Source: Alphaproteobacteria bacterium (GTDB lineage: Bacteria; Pseudomonadota; Alphaproteobacteria; VGEJ01). Taken from it: a stretch of 64,000 nucleotides of DNA. Positions 20,054 to 30,152 of this stretch are shown here, in pieces. The stretch lies in assembly GCA_965226045.1 (NCBI GenBank), contig CBDDBU010000028.1, positions 1,241 to 65,240 of the forward strand, in the 5' to 3' direction. Numbering within the stretch: position 1 is the first letter of the stretch; every line of letters starts with the position of its first letter. The position numbers were made by a program, and so were the translations under genes. The notes under the pieces were generated by a model. It ran no database searches. It was not told the DNA's origin and saw only the letters and a list, made by a program, of their open reading frames with translations.

Positions 20054-20515
20054 CAGCCGGCGCCGCGGCGTCTGGTAACGGTCAACCGACGAGCTCGCTT
20101 CGAGTACACCATCGATGACCGGATCGAAGCCGGGCTCGTGCTGGTGGGTACCGAAGTCAAGAGTCTGCGCGAGGGTAAGAGCGATATTGGCGATGCCTAC
20201 GCGGCCCCGCGCGGCGGCGAGCTCCATCTTTTGAATGCCTACATTCCCGAGTACGGAGCCGCCACTCGCTTCAATCACGAGCCTCGGCGCCCGCGCAAGC
20301 TCCTACTGCATCGCCGCGAAATGGAGCGATTGTCCGGGGCGGTGGCCCGCAAGGGCGTCACGCTTGTTCCGCTCTCGATTTATTTCAACGAGCGCGGCCG
20401 GGCGAAGGTCGAACTCGGGCTCGCTCGCGGCAAGCAGTTGCACGACAAGCGGGCCGCCGACAAGGACCGTACGTGGCAGCGCGACAAGGCCCGCATCATG
20501 CGCGAGGAGCGCTAG
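20054..20515 (+). CDS. smpB: SsrA-binding protein SmpB. The start codon is unresolved (no canonical start in frame).
   Basis: Frame reads ...[42 protein letters not shown]... back to the dapA stop without an ATG/GTG/TTG. Confidence 0.6.
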   Translation, partial: QPAPRRLVTVNRRARFEYTIDDRIEAGLVLVGTEVKSLREGKSDIGDAYAAPRGGELHLLNAYIPEYGAATRFNHEPRRPRKLLLHRREMERLSGAVARKGVTLVPLSIYFNERGRAKVELGLARGKQLHDKRAADKDRTWQRDKARIMREER

Positions 20516-21147
20516 TCCCCGTCGATCAATTCCCGGACGCGGGCAACGACGGCGTCAAACATCTCGACCGTGAGCCGGCCGGTATTGGTGTTGTAGCGGG
20601 AACAATGGTAGCTATCGGCCAATGTGAACCCGCCGGGCGGGGAGTGCAGGGCACCGTGGGCGAAGGGGTACGCGGCCTGTCGTGCGTCCAGTGCGGCGAC
20701 CACACTACGGTGCGCGATCGTGCCAAGCGCGAGAATCGCTCTCAGGTTGGGGAGAGACGCAATCTCGTGGCGTAGGAAGGAGCGGCAGGTGTTGATTTCC
20801 GTGGCGGTCGGGCGATTTTGCGGCGGCACACATCGAACGGCGTTGGTGATCCGGCACCGAGCGAGTGTGAGGCCATCATCGGCGGACCGATCATAGTGGC
20901 CGCGCGCGAAGCCATAGGCCGTCAATGTGCGATAGAGGAGGTCGCCGGCGAAGTCGCCGGTGAAGGGCCGGCCTGTTCGGTTGGCGCCCGACACCCCCGG
21001 CGCCAAGCCGACGATCAGCAATGCCGCGTCGCAACCTCCGAAGGCGGGAACGGGCGCGTTGTGCCAGTCGGGTTTGGCCTCCCGGTTGACGCGGCGGAAC
21101 TCGGCTAAACGCGGGCATCGGTTGCAGTCGGTCGGCGGTTCGGTCAC
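20512..21147 (-). CDS. Uracil-DNA glycosylase, family 4/5-like (Fe-S type, UdgB-like)
   Basis: CNRCPRL cysteine motif and [25 protein letters not shown] motif. A GTG start is assumed. Confidence 0.65.
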   Translation of the reverse strand: MTEPPTDCNRCPRLAEFRRVNREAKPDWHNAPVPAFGGCDAALLIVGLAPGVSGANRTGRPFTGDFAGDLLYRTLTAYGFARGHYDRSADDGLTLARCRITNAVRCVPPQNRPTATEINTCRSFLRHEIASLPNLRAILALGTIAHRSVVAALDARQAAYPFAHGALHSPPGGFTLADSYHCSRYNTNTGRLTVEMFDAVVARVRELIDGD

Positions 21148-21246
21148 TAGGGGCCTAGGATAACCATGTTGCCTCGTCACGCTCCGTTGGGCGGCTGGCG
21201 CCAAACATAAGCCGCAGCGAAGGGGGGGCAAGGGGGATCGCGGCAG

Positions 21247-21753
21247 GTGCCCATGATTTTCGTCGGTCTAGGAGCGAACTTGCCGCATCCGCGATTTGGA
21301 CGGCCGCGCCAAGCGCTGGAAGCTGCGCTGCTGGCGCTTGCGGCGATGGGGCCCTTGATCGTGCGTCGTTCGCGCTGGTATCTCAGCACGCCGGTTCCCG
21401 TTTCGGACCAACCTTGGTTCGTTAACGCGGTGATTGCGATCGCCACCGAACGATCGCCAGCTCGATTGCTAAGCGATCTGCACGACGTTGAGCGGCAGTT
21501 CGGGCGCCAGCGGGTCGAGCGCGATGAGGCGAGAGTCCTGGACCTCGATCTGCTGGCGTATGATGAGGAGGTGTGCGACGATGGCGCTGCTTTGCTGCCC
21601 CATCCTCGGCTCACCGAGCGTGCCTTCGTGTTGCTACCATTGCGCGAGGTCGCTCCTCAGTGGCGGCACCCGCTCTCCGGCCAATGCGTCGGCGATCTGG
21701 TCGCGGCGCTTCCTGGGCATCAAATCGCTAGACCGATGCTCGCTTGCGACTGA
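21247..21753 (+). CDS. folK: 2-amino-4-hydroxy-6-hydroxymethyldihydropteridine pyrophosphokinase (HPPK)
   Basis: 168 aa. GLGANLPHP..., LDLDLL and PHPRL motifs. Confidence 0.85.
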   Translation: MPMIFVGLGANLPHPRFGRPRQALEAALLALAAMGPLIVRRSRWYLSTPVPVSDQPWFVNAVIAIATERSPARLLSDLHDVERQFGRQRVERDEARVLDLDLLAYDEEVCDDGAALLPHPRLTERAFVLLPLREVAPQWRHPLSGQCVGDLVAALPGHQIARPMLACD

Positions 21754-21857
21754 TGGGGCCACGGCTCATGGGGCCACGGCCGGGGGGTGCACTTGCGCCC
21801 CTGGGAACGACCGAATATTCTTGACACTGAAACGATTTAGCGGTTGGAGCGACATCG

Positions 21858-22310
21858 ATGGCGCGTATTACGGTTGAAGACTGCATCCTCGAAATACCGA
21901 ATCGCTTTGATCTTGTCCTGTTGGCGGCGCACCGCGCGCGCGGCATCGCCGCCGGCGAACCGTTGACGGTCGAGCGCGACAACGACAAGAACACGGTGGT
22001 CGCGTTGCGCGAGATCGCCGAGCGAGCCGTCGATAAGGAAGAGCTCGCGGAGGCGCGGTTGCGCGGAATGCAGCGCCACGTCGAGCAGGATGAGCCGGAA
22101 GAAGACGAAATGGCGCTGCTGATGGCCAACGAGCAGTGGAGCGAAACGGCGCGCGCCGATGCCGACGCGGTCCGATCCGCGGTGGAGGACATCGACGACG
22201 CTCATCCGAGCGCGGGCGACAAGCCCGCCGCGCCGCGCATCGATCCCGAAGCCGCGATCGATGCGCCCGCGGACGTGAATGGCGGCGTGGAAAACGATCA
22301 AGACGGCTAA
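21858..22310 (+). CDS. rpoZ: DNA-directed RNA polymerase subunit omega
   Basis: MARITVEDC...[14 protein letters not shown] is the canonical RpoZ N-terminus, with an acidic C-terminal extension. Confidence 0.9.
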   Translation: MARITVEDCILEIPNRFDLVLLAAHRARGIAAGEPLTVERDNDKNTVVALREIAERAVDKEELAEARLRGMQRHVEQDEPEEDEMALLMANEQWSETARADADAVRSAVEDIDDAHPSAGDKPAAPRIDPEAAIDAPADVNGGVENDQDG

Positions 22311-22371
22311 CATCGACGTTCCGTCAGCCGCCGCTCGGCGGTTGGAAGCCCCCGCCCCAACTCCGCGTGAT

Positions 22372-24531
22372 ATGACGCGGAGACCATTGAGTTCACCTTC
22401 CGCGTTGATCGACGCCATCAGCGCGTATGACGGCAGCGTCGATGCCGAACTCATCACCCGTGCCTATGGGTTTTCGCAGCGGGCGCATGCGTCGCAAACG
22501 CGCGCTTCTGGCGACACATACTTTTCGCATCCGCTCGAGGTCGCCGGCATCGTCATTCAGATGAAGCTGGATAGCGCCACCGTTGTCACGGCGCTGCTTC
22601 ACGATACGGTCGAAGACACGCTCGCGACGATTGACGAAATCGGCGCCCAGTTCGGCAACGAGATTGGACGCCTGGTCGACGGCGTCACCAAACTCTCCAA
22701 GCTGGAGTTGCGATCGGAACGCACGCGCGAGGCGGAGAACTTTCGCAAGCTTTTGCTCGCGATGTCCAATGACATTCGGGTCCTGTTGGTGAAGCTCGCC
22801 GACCGTCTCCACAATATGCAGACACTCATGCACATCGGCGATCCCGAGAAACGTCGGCGGATCGCACGCGAGACGATGGATATTTATGCGCCGCTTGCCG
22901 AGCGCATCGGCATGCAGGAGATGAAGGAGGAGCTAGAAGACCTGGCTTTTCAAGAACTCAATCCGGACGCGCGCGCCTCGGTTGTTACCCGTCTGGCGTT
23001 CCTGCGCGAACGGGGCGACGATCTTGTCGAGCGCATCGCGGACCGCTTGGAGCGGATGCTGGGCGGCGCTGGCATCGTGGCGGAGGTGTCGGGGCGCGAG
23101 AAGCGTTCCTATTCGATCTGGCGCAAGATGGAGCGGAAGAACATCTCGTTCGAGCAACTCTCCGACATCATGGCCTTCCGCATCGTCGTTGAAACGGTGC
23201 CCGACTGCTACCTCGCTTTGGGAGCGGTACACGGCGCCCATCCCATGATCCCCGGAAGCTTCAAGGACTACATCTCTCTCCCCAAGACAAACCGCTATAG
23301 CGCTCTGCACACAACCGTCATTGGCCCCGAGCAACAGCGTATCGAGGTCCAGATATGCGATCGGGAGATGTGGGAGGTGGCGGATCTCGGGGTCGCCGCG
23401 CACTGGACCTACAAGCAAGACGCCGTCACCGATGGCAGCAAGTATCGATGGATCCGAGAACTCCTCGAAATTCTTGATCACGCGTCCAATCCCGAAGAAT
23501 TCCTCGAGCACACCAAGCTCGAAATGTTTCAAGACCAAGTTTTTTGTTTTTCGCCGAAGGGCGACCTGATCGTGCTGCCCCAAGGCGCCAGCCCGATCGA
23601 CTTCGCCTACGCCGTTCACACCCAGGTCGGGGACACGTGCGTAGGCGCCAAGGTCAACGGTCGCCTGGCGCCTTTTCGAACCCAACTTCGGACCGGCGAC
23701 CAAGTAGAGATCATACGCTCCGAGGCCCAAACACCGTCGCCTACCTGGGAAAACCTTGTCGTCACGGGCAAGGCGCGGTCGGCGATCCGCCGCTTCGTTC
23801 GCAACCGGCGGAAGTCTGAATACCTCGAGCTGGGGCGGTCGATAGTGGACAAGGCTTCACGCGAGGCTGGGCACGATTGTTCGGAACCGGCGCTAGAAGC
23901 GGCGCTCGGCAAACTGCAACACAAGACGCTGAATGATCTTTACGAGGCGGTGGGCCAGGGCGTCCTCACCGGTCGTGACGTGATCGCGGCAGCGTTCCCT
24001 GGAGAATCGACCCTGTCGCGGGCGGGCCGCATGTTGAGCTTTGTCCGCTCGCGAACGCGGCGCAGCCGTCCATCCGACGCGCCGATTCCGATACGTGGCC
24101 TCATCCCCGGTATGGCCGTGCACTTCGCCGATTGTTGCCATCCGTTGCCGGGCGATCGGATAGTCGGCATACAGACGTCGGGCAAGGGCGTGACGGTGCA
24201 CACCATAGACTGCGACACACTGGAAACCGTCTCCGATTCCCCCGAACGATGGATAGACATAGCCTGGGATCCCGATCCGGATGCGCTCGCGGGACACGTG
24301 TCCCGTATTCGAGCGGTGGTCGACAACAAACCGGGCACGCTCGGTACATTGACCACGGTGATTGCGCGGAACCTCGGCAACATCAGCAATCTGAAGATTT
24401 CGAACCGCTCGGCCGACTTCTTTGAGTTTCTGGTGGATATCGAGGTTCGCGATCTCAAGCACCTCACCCAGATCATGGCCGGCTTGCGGGCCGAGCCGGC
24501 CATCGCATCCGTCGAGCGCGTGCGCGGTTGA
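22372..24531 (+). CDS. spoT: Bifunctional (p)ppGpp synthetase/hydrolase (Rsh/SpoT)
   Basis: HD domain (HDTVEDT), synthetase domain, TGS and ACT domains. 719 aa, intact. Confidence 0.9.
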   Translation: MTRRPLSSPSALIDAISAYDGSVDAELITRAYGFSQRAHASQTRASGDTYFSHPLEVAGIVIQMKLDSATVVTALLHDTVEDTLATIDEIGAQFGNEIGRLVDGVTKLSKLELRSERTREAENFRKLLLAMSNDIRVLLVKLADRLHNMQTLMHIGDPEKRRRIARETMDIYAPLAERIGMQEMKEELEDLAFQELNPDARASVVTRLAFLRERGDDLVERIADRLERMLGGAGIVAEVSGREKRSYSIWRKMERKNISFEQLSDIMAFRIVVETVPDCYLALGAVHGAHPMIPGSFKDYISLPKTNRYSALHTTVIGPEQQRIEVQICDREMWEVADLGVAAHWTYKQDAVTDGSKYRWIRELLEILDHASNPEEFLEHTKLEMFQDQVFCFSPKGDLIVLPQGASPIDFAYAVHTQVGDTCVGAKVNGRLAPFRTQLRTGDQVEIIRSEAQTPSPTWENLVVTGKARSAIRRFVRNRRKSEYLELGRSIVDKASREAGHDCSEPALEAALGKLQHKTLNDLYEAVGQGVLTGRDVIAAAFPGESTLSRAGRMLSFVRSRTRRSRPSDAPIPIRGLIPGMAVHFADCCHPLPGDRIVGIQTSGKGVTVHTIDCDTLETVSDSPERWIDIAWDPDPDALAGHVSRIRAVVDNKPGTLGTLTTVIARNLGNISNLKISNRSADFFEFLVDIEVRDLKHLTQIMAGLRAEPAIASVERVRG

Positions 24532-24625
24532 ACCGGGCTCGGGGAGGCTGGCTTGTCTTCCCGCCGCCCACGGCTATGGGCTAGAGTGCGCGCGGCCACC
24601 GTTGCCGTATCGTCTGGCGAGGATA

Positions 24626-25387
24626 ATGGGCCTCATGCGAAGGCTGCGACTTGGTACCAACATCGATCACGTCGCGACGATTCGGAACGCGCGCGGCGGC
24701 CGGCTGCCTGATCCCGTGCGTGCCGCGCGGCTTGCCGCCGAGGCTGGGGCCGACGGCATCACGGCGCATCTTCGTGAGGATCGCCGGCATATCTCCGACG
24801 ATGATATCAGCCGCCTTAGTGACGAGATCGACCTGCCGCTCAACCTAGAGATGGCGGCCACGCCAGAAATGCTGGAGATCGCACTCCGGCATCGACCTCA
24901 CGCGGTCTGCCTGGTGCCAGAAAAGCGTCAAGAAGTGACGACCGAAGGCGGGCTCGACGTTGTGGGCGGCAGAGAGCATCTGATCGCGTATGTCGAGAAG
25001 CTTGGCGAGGCCGGCTGCAGGGTGTCGTTGTTCATTGATCCCGACCTCGATCAGCTGGCCGCGGCCCGTGCGATCGGCGCGCCGGTTGTTGAAATCCACA
25101 CCGGCAGCTATTGCGGAGCGGAAACGGACGAGCGCGAGGCCGAACTTCAACGCCTGGTCGAGGGCGCGGCGCGGGCCGAGGATCTGGGTCTGGAATGCCA
25201 TGCCGGCCACGGCATTACGTACGAAACCGTCGGGCCGGTGGCCGCGATCCCTACCATTGTCGAACTGAATATTGGCCATTTCCTGATTGGAGAAGCGATA
25301 TTTAGCGGTCTCGACAGTAGTATCACTCGTATGCGTGCGCTGATGGACACGGCGCGCGCCGCAGCGGTCGGGGCGGAAAGCGTCTAA
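24626..25387 (+). CDS. pdxJ: Pyridoxine 5'-phosphate synthase
   Basis: [17 protein letters not shown]...HLREDRRHI is the canonical PdxJ pattern. An alternative ATG lies at 24635. Confidence 0.85.
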   Translation: MGLMRRLRLGTNIDHVATIRNARGGRLPDPVRAARLAAEAGADGITAHLREDRRHISDDDISRLSDEIDLPLNLEMAATPEMLEIALRHRPHAVCLVPEKRQEVTTEGGLDVVGGREHLIAYVEKLGEAGCRVSLFIDPDLDQLAAARAIGAPVVEIHTGSYCGAETDEREAELQRLVEGAARAEDLGLECHAGHGITYETVGPVAAIPTIVELNIGHFLIGEAIFSGLDSSITRMRALMDTARAAAVGAESV

Positions 25388-25396
25388 AGGCCGGCG

Positions 25397-25804
25397 ATGA
25401 TGATTATCGGGCTCGGCAACGACCTCATAGATATTCGGCGCGTTGAGCGGACGCTTGAGCGGTTCGGTGATCGATTCATCAAGCGCATCTACACAGACGT
25501 TGAGCGCGAAAAGGCTGAACGGCGGTCCAACCGCGCGGCGACCTACGCTAAGCGCTTCGCCGCCAAGGAGGCATGCTCCAAGGCGCTGGGCACTGGTTTT
25601 CGGCGCGGTGTGTTCTGGCGCGATATGGGGGTCACGAACCTTGCTTCTGGGAAACCGACGATGGTGCTCTCGGGCGGTGCGCGCAAACGCCTTGAAGAGA
25701 TCACGCCCGCCGGCATGGTGGTGCAAATCGACCTCACGCTGACCGACGATCACCCGCTGGCGCAGGCCATCGTGATCATCTCGGCGCTTCACGCCGAGAC
25801 CTAA
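25397..25804 (+). CDS. acpS: Holo-[acyl-carrier-protein] synthase
   Basis: [16 protein letters not shown]...[11 protein letters not shown] is the canonical AcpS pattern. Confidence 0.9.
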   Translation: MMIIGLGNDLIDIRRVERTLERFGDRFIKRIYTDVEREKAERRSNRAATYAKRFAAKEACSKALGTGFRRGVFWRDMGVTNLASGKPTMVLSGGARKRLEEITPAGMVVQIDLTLTDDHPLAQAIVIISALHAET

Positions 25805-25809
25805 GCGCC

Positions 25810-27195
25810 TTATCGTGATTTCGGCCTGCGAGACCTAAGCGATGATGTCCCTATCTCTGTTGAAATTCGAGGGGCAGGCGTCGCTGGTTGATGATGCTGT
25901 GCTGCCTTCATGATGGTTTCAATGGCACTGTCGGCCTGAGCCTTTCTCAAGTGTTCCTGGAGAGCATTTCGGAGGATGGGCAGCTGACGATAGGCCTTGA
26001 GGCGACGGAAGGTTTTCTGGGCCTCCAGCAGGCCGGCGGCGGTCCATCTGAGCGCCATCTCGGCGTGTCTCCAGCGTTTGACGTTGCGGGTGACCTGGCG
26101 CACCGTGCCGAGCGCGTTCTCGACGATGTTGGTGCAGGCGAGCGAGCGCCGGAGTTCGTGCGGCAGGCCGAGGCGGATGACGGTGAGTATCTCGTCCAGC
26201 CCCTCCAGGATGCTGCCCGAGACGCCCGGTTCCTCATGCTCCAGACGCCGGGCCAGGTTGCGCAGCAGCCGTTCGGCCTTGTCTGCGTCGTCCTGGTCCC
26301 AGGCCTGACGGAGCGCCTTCTTGACGCTCGCGTGCAAATGTTGGGGCAGGCGCTCGATGATGTTACGGCCCTTGTGGACCTGGCAGCGCTGGATGGCGGC
26401 GGCCACACCGAAGGTGTTGCGGATCGCTTTGCTGAGCGCCTTCGCGCCATCGACGATGAACAGCCGGGGCAGCGTCGGATCGAGCCCCCTGGCGAGGAGA
26501 TTGTCGAGCAAGGCCTGGACGACGACAGTGTTCTCCGTCGCCCCCTCGACCACGGCCAGGACATGCTTGTCGCCGTTGCCATCGACGCCGATCGCCGCCA
26601 CCAAGACATGGTCGCCGACATGCAGACCGTCGATCTGGATGACCAGCAGGTCGAGCTCCGAGAGGTCCGAGGCAAGCCAGGCCTTCATCTTCTTGCGCGA
26701 CAGCGCCACAAAGCGCCGGGAAACGGCCGACTTCGAGGTGCCGTCGCCACGCGCTTTCGCCAGGTCGTCGCCCTCGGGCAGACGGACCGCGCGGTGGTAC
26801 TTGCGGGTCGGCACGTTCAGCACCATCAGGTTGAGCGCCCACTCGAGCAACAGGTTGCCGTCGCGCAGCACCTGCCAGCTCTCCAAACCCACCTCCTTGC
26901 CAGCATGGTCGCGAACCCGTGGCCGCTGCACTTTCACGCGGCCGCCGTGGTCGCCGATCTCGCTCTGCGTATGGCCCCAGCGATAACCCCGACGGTTCCC
27001 ATGGCGACGATGTCGGGCCCCGCACACGGTCGTGGCGTCCTCCTCCATCATCTCGGCCAAGGCCTCGACCCCGGCCAGGAGACAGAACCGATCCACGCTG
27101 AGACGGACTGCGTCCATCGCGTCTGCCAGCGGCGGCATAGGAAACGAGGTGGCAAGGGCTTTCGGGCTACTGGAACTACGGATATTCTTTCCCAT
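25810..27195 (-). CDS. IS256-family transposase, type B, copy 2. The stop codon is mutated (TAG to CAG), so it reads through 30 codons past the IS end.
   Basis: 461 aa against 431 aa for B1. Differences include EGDL to EGDDL, PLHLH to PQHLH and loss of the stop codon. Confidence 0.8.
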   Translation of the reverse strand: MGKNIRSSSSPKALATSFPMPPLADAMDAVRLSVDRFCLLAGVEALAEMMEEDATTVCGARHRRHGNRRGYRWGHTQSEIGDHGGRVKVQRPRVRDHAGKEVGLESWQVLRDGNLLLEWALNLMVLNVPTRKYHRAVRLPEGDDLAKARGDGTSKSAVSRRFVALSRKKMKAWLASDLSELDLLVIQIDGLHVGDHVLVAAIGVDGNGDKHVLAVVEGATENTVVVQALLDNLLARGLDPTLPRLFIVDGAKALSKAIRNTFGVAAAIQRCQVHKGRNIIERLPQHLHASVKKALRQAWDQDDADKAERLLRNLARRLEHEEPGVSGSILEGLDEILTVIRLGLPHELRRSLACTNIVENALGTVRQVTRNVKRWRHAEMALRWTAAGLLEAQKTFRRLKAYRQLPILRNALQEHLRKAQADSAIETIMKAAQHHQPATPAPRISTEIGTSSLRSRRPKSR

Positions 27196-27293
27196 GGTGT
27201 CGTTCTCCCTCTTGGGTTTGCAGCACCCGGAGCCTAACGGCTCCAGGAGAGCGACACCTACCTCAACTTTTCAACATCGACCGGGACATCTCC
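25842..27293 (-). mobile_element. IS256-family insertion sequence, copy B2 (inverted relative to B1). No flanking direct repeat detected.
   Basis: Same IRs as B1. Flanks are atcgcttaggtctc (acpS side) and ttgcctg (8 bp from the IS-A2 TSD). It differs from B1 by a few SNPs and a 3-nt indel. Confidence 0.8.
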
Positions 27294-27309
27294 TTGCCTG
27301 CCCGGTATT

Positions 27310-28684
27310 GAGCTATTGTCAAAAGTTGTGTATGGGCTGATCATGCGGCGGCGCGATCCTGGCGTTCTCCATCTACGAATTTGACGCCGCGAATGATCTC
27401 GGCGAGATGGTTCGATCCATCGAGTTTTCTCCATTTTCTCTGAGCGCACTGGCATAGTTTGAAGACCATGGCCATCGCCGTCTTGCGCGACAGGCAGCCC
27501 TTGGTCCGGTAGGTGCGCAGACGAACCGTGGCGAACGTGCTCTCGATGGGGTTGGTCGTGCGTACATGCTTCCAGTGCTCGGCGGGGAAGTCGTAGAACG
27601 TCAGCAGGACGTCGCGGTCCCTGGCCAGGCAGGCCGCGGCCTTGTCGTACTTCGGCCCGTAGGCTTCCAGGAAGAAGTCGAAGGCGCTCTCGGCATCCTT
27701 CCTGGTTTCGGCCATCCAGATGTCTTGCAGGCGCCCCTTGGCTTTCTTTTGCAGACCCTTGGGCAGCTTGTTCAAGACGTTGCCCGTCTTGTGAACCCAG
27801 CAGCGTTGCTCGCGGGCGCCTGGGTAGACTTGGCGGAGCGCCTTCCAGAAGCCGAGCGCGCCGTCGCCGAGCGCCAGTTGCGGACCCATTTCAAGGCCGC
27901 GCCGCTTGAGATCGAGCAGAACTTCGAGCCAGGACTGCTCACTTTCGCGATAGCCGTCGGCGATGGCGATCAGTTCCTTCTGTCCCTTGTCCGTGGCCCC
28001 GACGATCACCAGGATGCACTGCTTCTCTTCCTCCATGCGGGCGCTGAAATAGATGCCGTCCACCCAGAAATAGACGTAGCGCTTGGCCGTGAGGTCGCGC
28101 CGTTGCCAGCGCTCCGCCTCAACCCCCCAGACCTCTTTCAGCCGGGTGATCGTGGAGGCCGAAAGCCCCGGCGCGGAGCTCCCCAGGAGCGCCGCCAAGG
28201 CTTCCCCGAAGTCGCCGGTGGAAATGCCCTTCAGATACAGCCATGGCAAAAGGTCTTCCAGGCTCTTGGCGCGGCGCAGATAGCGCGGCAGGATCGCCGA
28301 CGTGAAGCGGATGGCGCCGTCCCCCCGGTCCCGCACACGGGGTTGGCGCACGCTCACCGGGCCGATCCCGGTCTGGATGAAGCGTTCCGGCAGATATCCA
28401 TTGCGGACAACCCGGCGGCGGCCGGCGGCGTCAACAAGCGCCGCATGGCTACCCAAAAACACGGAGACCTCGGCCTCAACGGCTTGGGCCAACAACTCGC
28501 GAGCTCCAGCTTGTAGGACTTCCGTCAACGGATCTTTCTGAAAATCAGATGGGTTTTGAAAAGCAACAACGGTATTCTCTTTCATGGCCTATCCTTCCTT
28601 GGCTTAGCTCAAGTGGTGACATCAACAATCACCAGGATACGCCGCCTTCATTTCAACGCCGTACACAAGATTCGGTTATAGCTC
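27310..28684 (-). mobile_element. IS256-family insertion sequence, copy A2 (1375 bp, inverted relative to A1), with an 8-bp TSD CCGGTATT
   Basis: Direct repeats at 27302-27309 and 28685-28692. It ends 30 bp upstream of the lepB ATG. Confidence 0.9.
27341..28585 (-). CDS. IS256-family (mutator-type) transposase, copy of 4200..5444
   Basis: The identical 414-aa product. Confidence 0.9.
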   Translation of the reverse strand: MKENTVVAFQNPSDFQKDPLTEVLQAGARELLAQAVEAEVSVFLGSHAALVDAAGRRRVVRNGYLPERFIQTGIGPVSVRQPRVRDRGDGAIRFTSAILPRYLRRAKSLEDLLPWLYLKGISTGDFGEALAALLGSSAPGLSASTITRLKEVWGVEAERWQRRDLTAKRYVYFWVDGIYFSARMEEEKQCILVIVGATDKGQKELIAIADGYRESEQSWLEVLLDLKRRGLEMGPQLALGDGALGFWKALRQVYPGAREQRCWVHKTGNVLNKLPKGLQKKAKGRLQDIWMAETRKDAESAFDFFLEAYGPKYDKAAACLARDRDVLLTFYDFPAEHWKHVRTTNPIESTFATVRLRTYRTKGCLSRKTAMAMVFKLCQCAQRKWRKLDGSNHLAEIIRGVKFVDGERQDRAAA

Positions 28685-28714
28685 CCGGTATTCGGGGTTC
28701 ACATATAGCTAGTC

Positions 28715-29467
28715 ATGGCCAACAGAACGCGCCTCGGGACAAAGAGAAAACAAAAAGGCGGTATTGGCGAGACTATTCGCACCGTCGTCTATGCGGTGTT
28801 GATCGCGCTCGTCATTCGCACGGTCGCCTACGAGCCCTTCAATATCCCGTCAACGTCGATGTTACCGACGCTGCTGGTGGGCGATTACTTGTTCGTGTCG
28901 AAGCACGCCTATGGCTACAGCCGCCACTCACTGCCGTTGAGCGTGCCGCTGTTCTCGGGCCGAATCATGTCCGGTGAGCCAAAGCGTGGCGACGTCGTCG
29001 TCTTCAAGACACCGCGCGACAACAGCACGGACTACATCAAGCGGGTCGTCGGATTAGCCGGCGATCGGGTGCAGATGAAGCGTGGCGACCTGTACGTGAA
29101 CGGCGAGCTCATCAAACGCGAGCGGCTCGAGGACTCGACCCACCAAGGCCGCGACGGCAAGCCAATCGCCCAATATCGCGAGACGCTGCCGGACGGGCGA
29201 AGTTATGTGACCCTTGATTTTGGGCCTGATTATCCTCACGACGACACGCCGGAATACACCGTCAAGCCCGGCCATTACTTCATGATGGGCGATAACCGCG
29301 ACAATTCGACGGACAGCCGGGTCATCGGGCAGGTCCCCGCCGAGAACTTGATCGGGCGCGCCGAGGTCATTTTTTTCTCGACCAATGGCAGCGCGGAATT
29401 CTGGGAGGTCTGGCGGTGGCCGGCCGCGATCCGATTCGCTCGGCTGTTCACCGTCTTGTCATTATGA
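28715..29467 (+). CDS. lepB: Signal peptidase I
   Basis: N-terminal TM segment, SMLPTL Ser box, KR(V/I)VGLAGD and GDNRDNSTDSR boxes. Confidence 0.9.
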   Translation: MANRTRLGTKRKQKGGIGETIRTVVYAVLIALVIRTVAYEPFNIPSTSMLPTLLVGDYLFVSKHAYGYSRHSLPLSVPLFSGRIMSGEPKRGDVVVFKTPRDNSTDYIKRVVGLAGDRVQMKRGDLYVNGELIKRERLEDSTHQGRDGKPIAQYRETLPDGRSYVTLDFGPDYPHDDTPEYTVKPGHYFMMGDNRDNSTDSRVIGQVPAENLIGRAEVIFFSTNGSAEFWEVWRWPAAIRFARLFTVLSL

Positions 29468-29468
29468 G

Positions 29469-30152
29469 ATGACGGCGACGTGCGACGACCTGGAGCAACT
29501 GCTGCATCATCGCTTCCTTCGTCGCGACCTCCTGGAGGAGGCGCTCACGCACACCAGCACCAGCGACCGGACCGAGGCACCGTCGGGCGACTATGAGCGC
29601 TTGGAGTTCCTCGGGGACCGTGTCCTCGGTCTGGTCATCGCCGAGCGTCTGCTGGCCAGTTTTCCAAGCGCCGATGCTGGCGAGCTCGCGCTGCGCTACA
29701 ACGCACTGGTGCGGCGGGAAGCGCTGGTCGATGTCGCGCGCCGTCTCGAACTCGGATCTCACATCCGTATGGCGAAGTCGGAGGATGCCGCCGGCGGTCG
29801 TAGCAAGCCGGCGATCCTCGCGGACTGTTGCGAGGCCGTCTTGGGCGCGCTGTTCCTCGACGGCGGTCTGAACGTTGCCCGCCAGTTCGTGGTGGAGCAC
29901 TGGCGCCCGCTGTTCGAGGAGGTGGAGAGCACGAGCAAGGATGACAAGACCGCGCTCCAGGAGTGGGCCCAGGGGCGGGGCCTGACGCCCCCTGAGTATG
30001 CGATCGTCGACCGCGTGGGACCGGCGCACGCCACTACATTCACCGTCCGCGCTCGGCTCGACAACGGGGTATCCATGACCGGCACGGGGTTGTCGCGTCG
30101 TAGCGCCGAACAAATGGCCGCCGCTGCGTTGCTCGAGGCCGTCAAGCGGTGA
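29469..30152 (+). CDS. rnc: Ribonuclease III
   Basis: ERLEFLGD(R/A)VL signature and a C-terminal dsRBD. Confidence 0.9.
   Translation: MTATCDDLEQLLHHRFLRRDLLEEALTHTSTSDRTEAPSGDYERLEFLGDRVLGLVIAERLLASFPSADAGELALRYNALVRREALVDVARRLELGSHIRMAKSEDAAGGRSKPAILADCCEAVLGALFLDGGLNVARQFVVEHWRPLFEEVESTSKDDKTALQEWAQGRGLTPPEYAIVDRVGPAHATTFTVRARLDNGVSMTGTGLSRRSAEQMAAAALLEAVKR

Noticed and set aside
25760-25845. Direct repeat GAGACCTAAGCG x2 at the acpS/IS-B2 junction as the missing TSD of B2
   Set aside because: Both copies are on the same side of the IS, 24 bp apart. The first overlaps the acpS stop codon. That cannot be a target duplication flanking the element. A short local duplication or remnant is the likelier explanation.
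4101-28684. Composite transposon formed by the two identical inverted IS-A copies, carrying ~22 kb of cargo
   Set aside because: Each IS-A copy has its own perfect 8-9 bp target-site duplication (TTTTCATCC; CCGGTATT). The supposed cargo is conserved core synteny (rpoZ-rsh-pdxJ-acpS...). They look like independent simple insertions.
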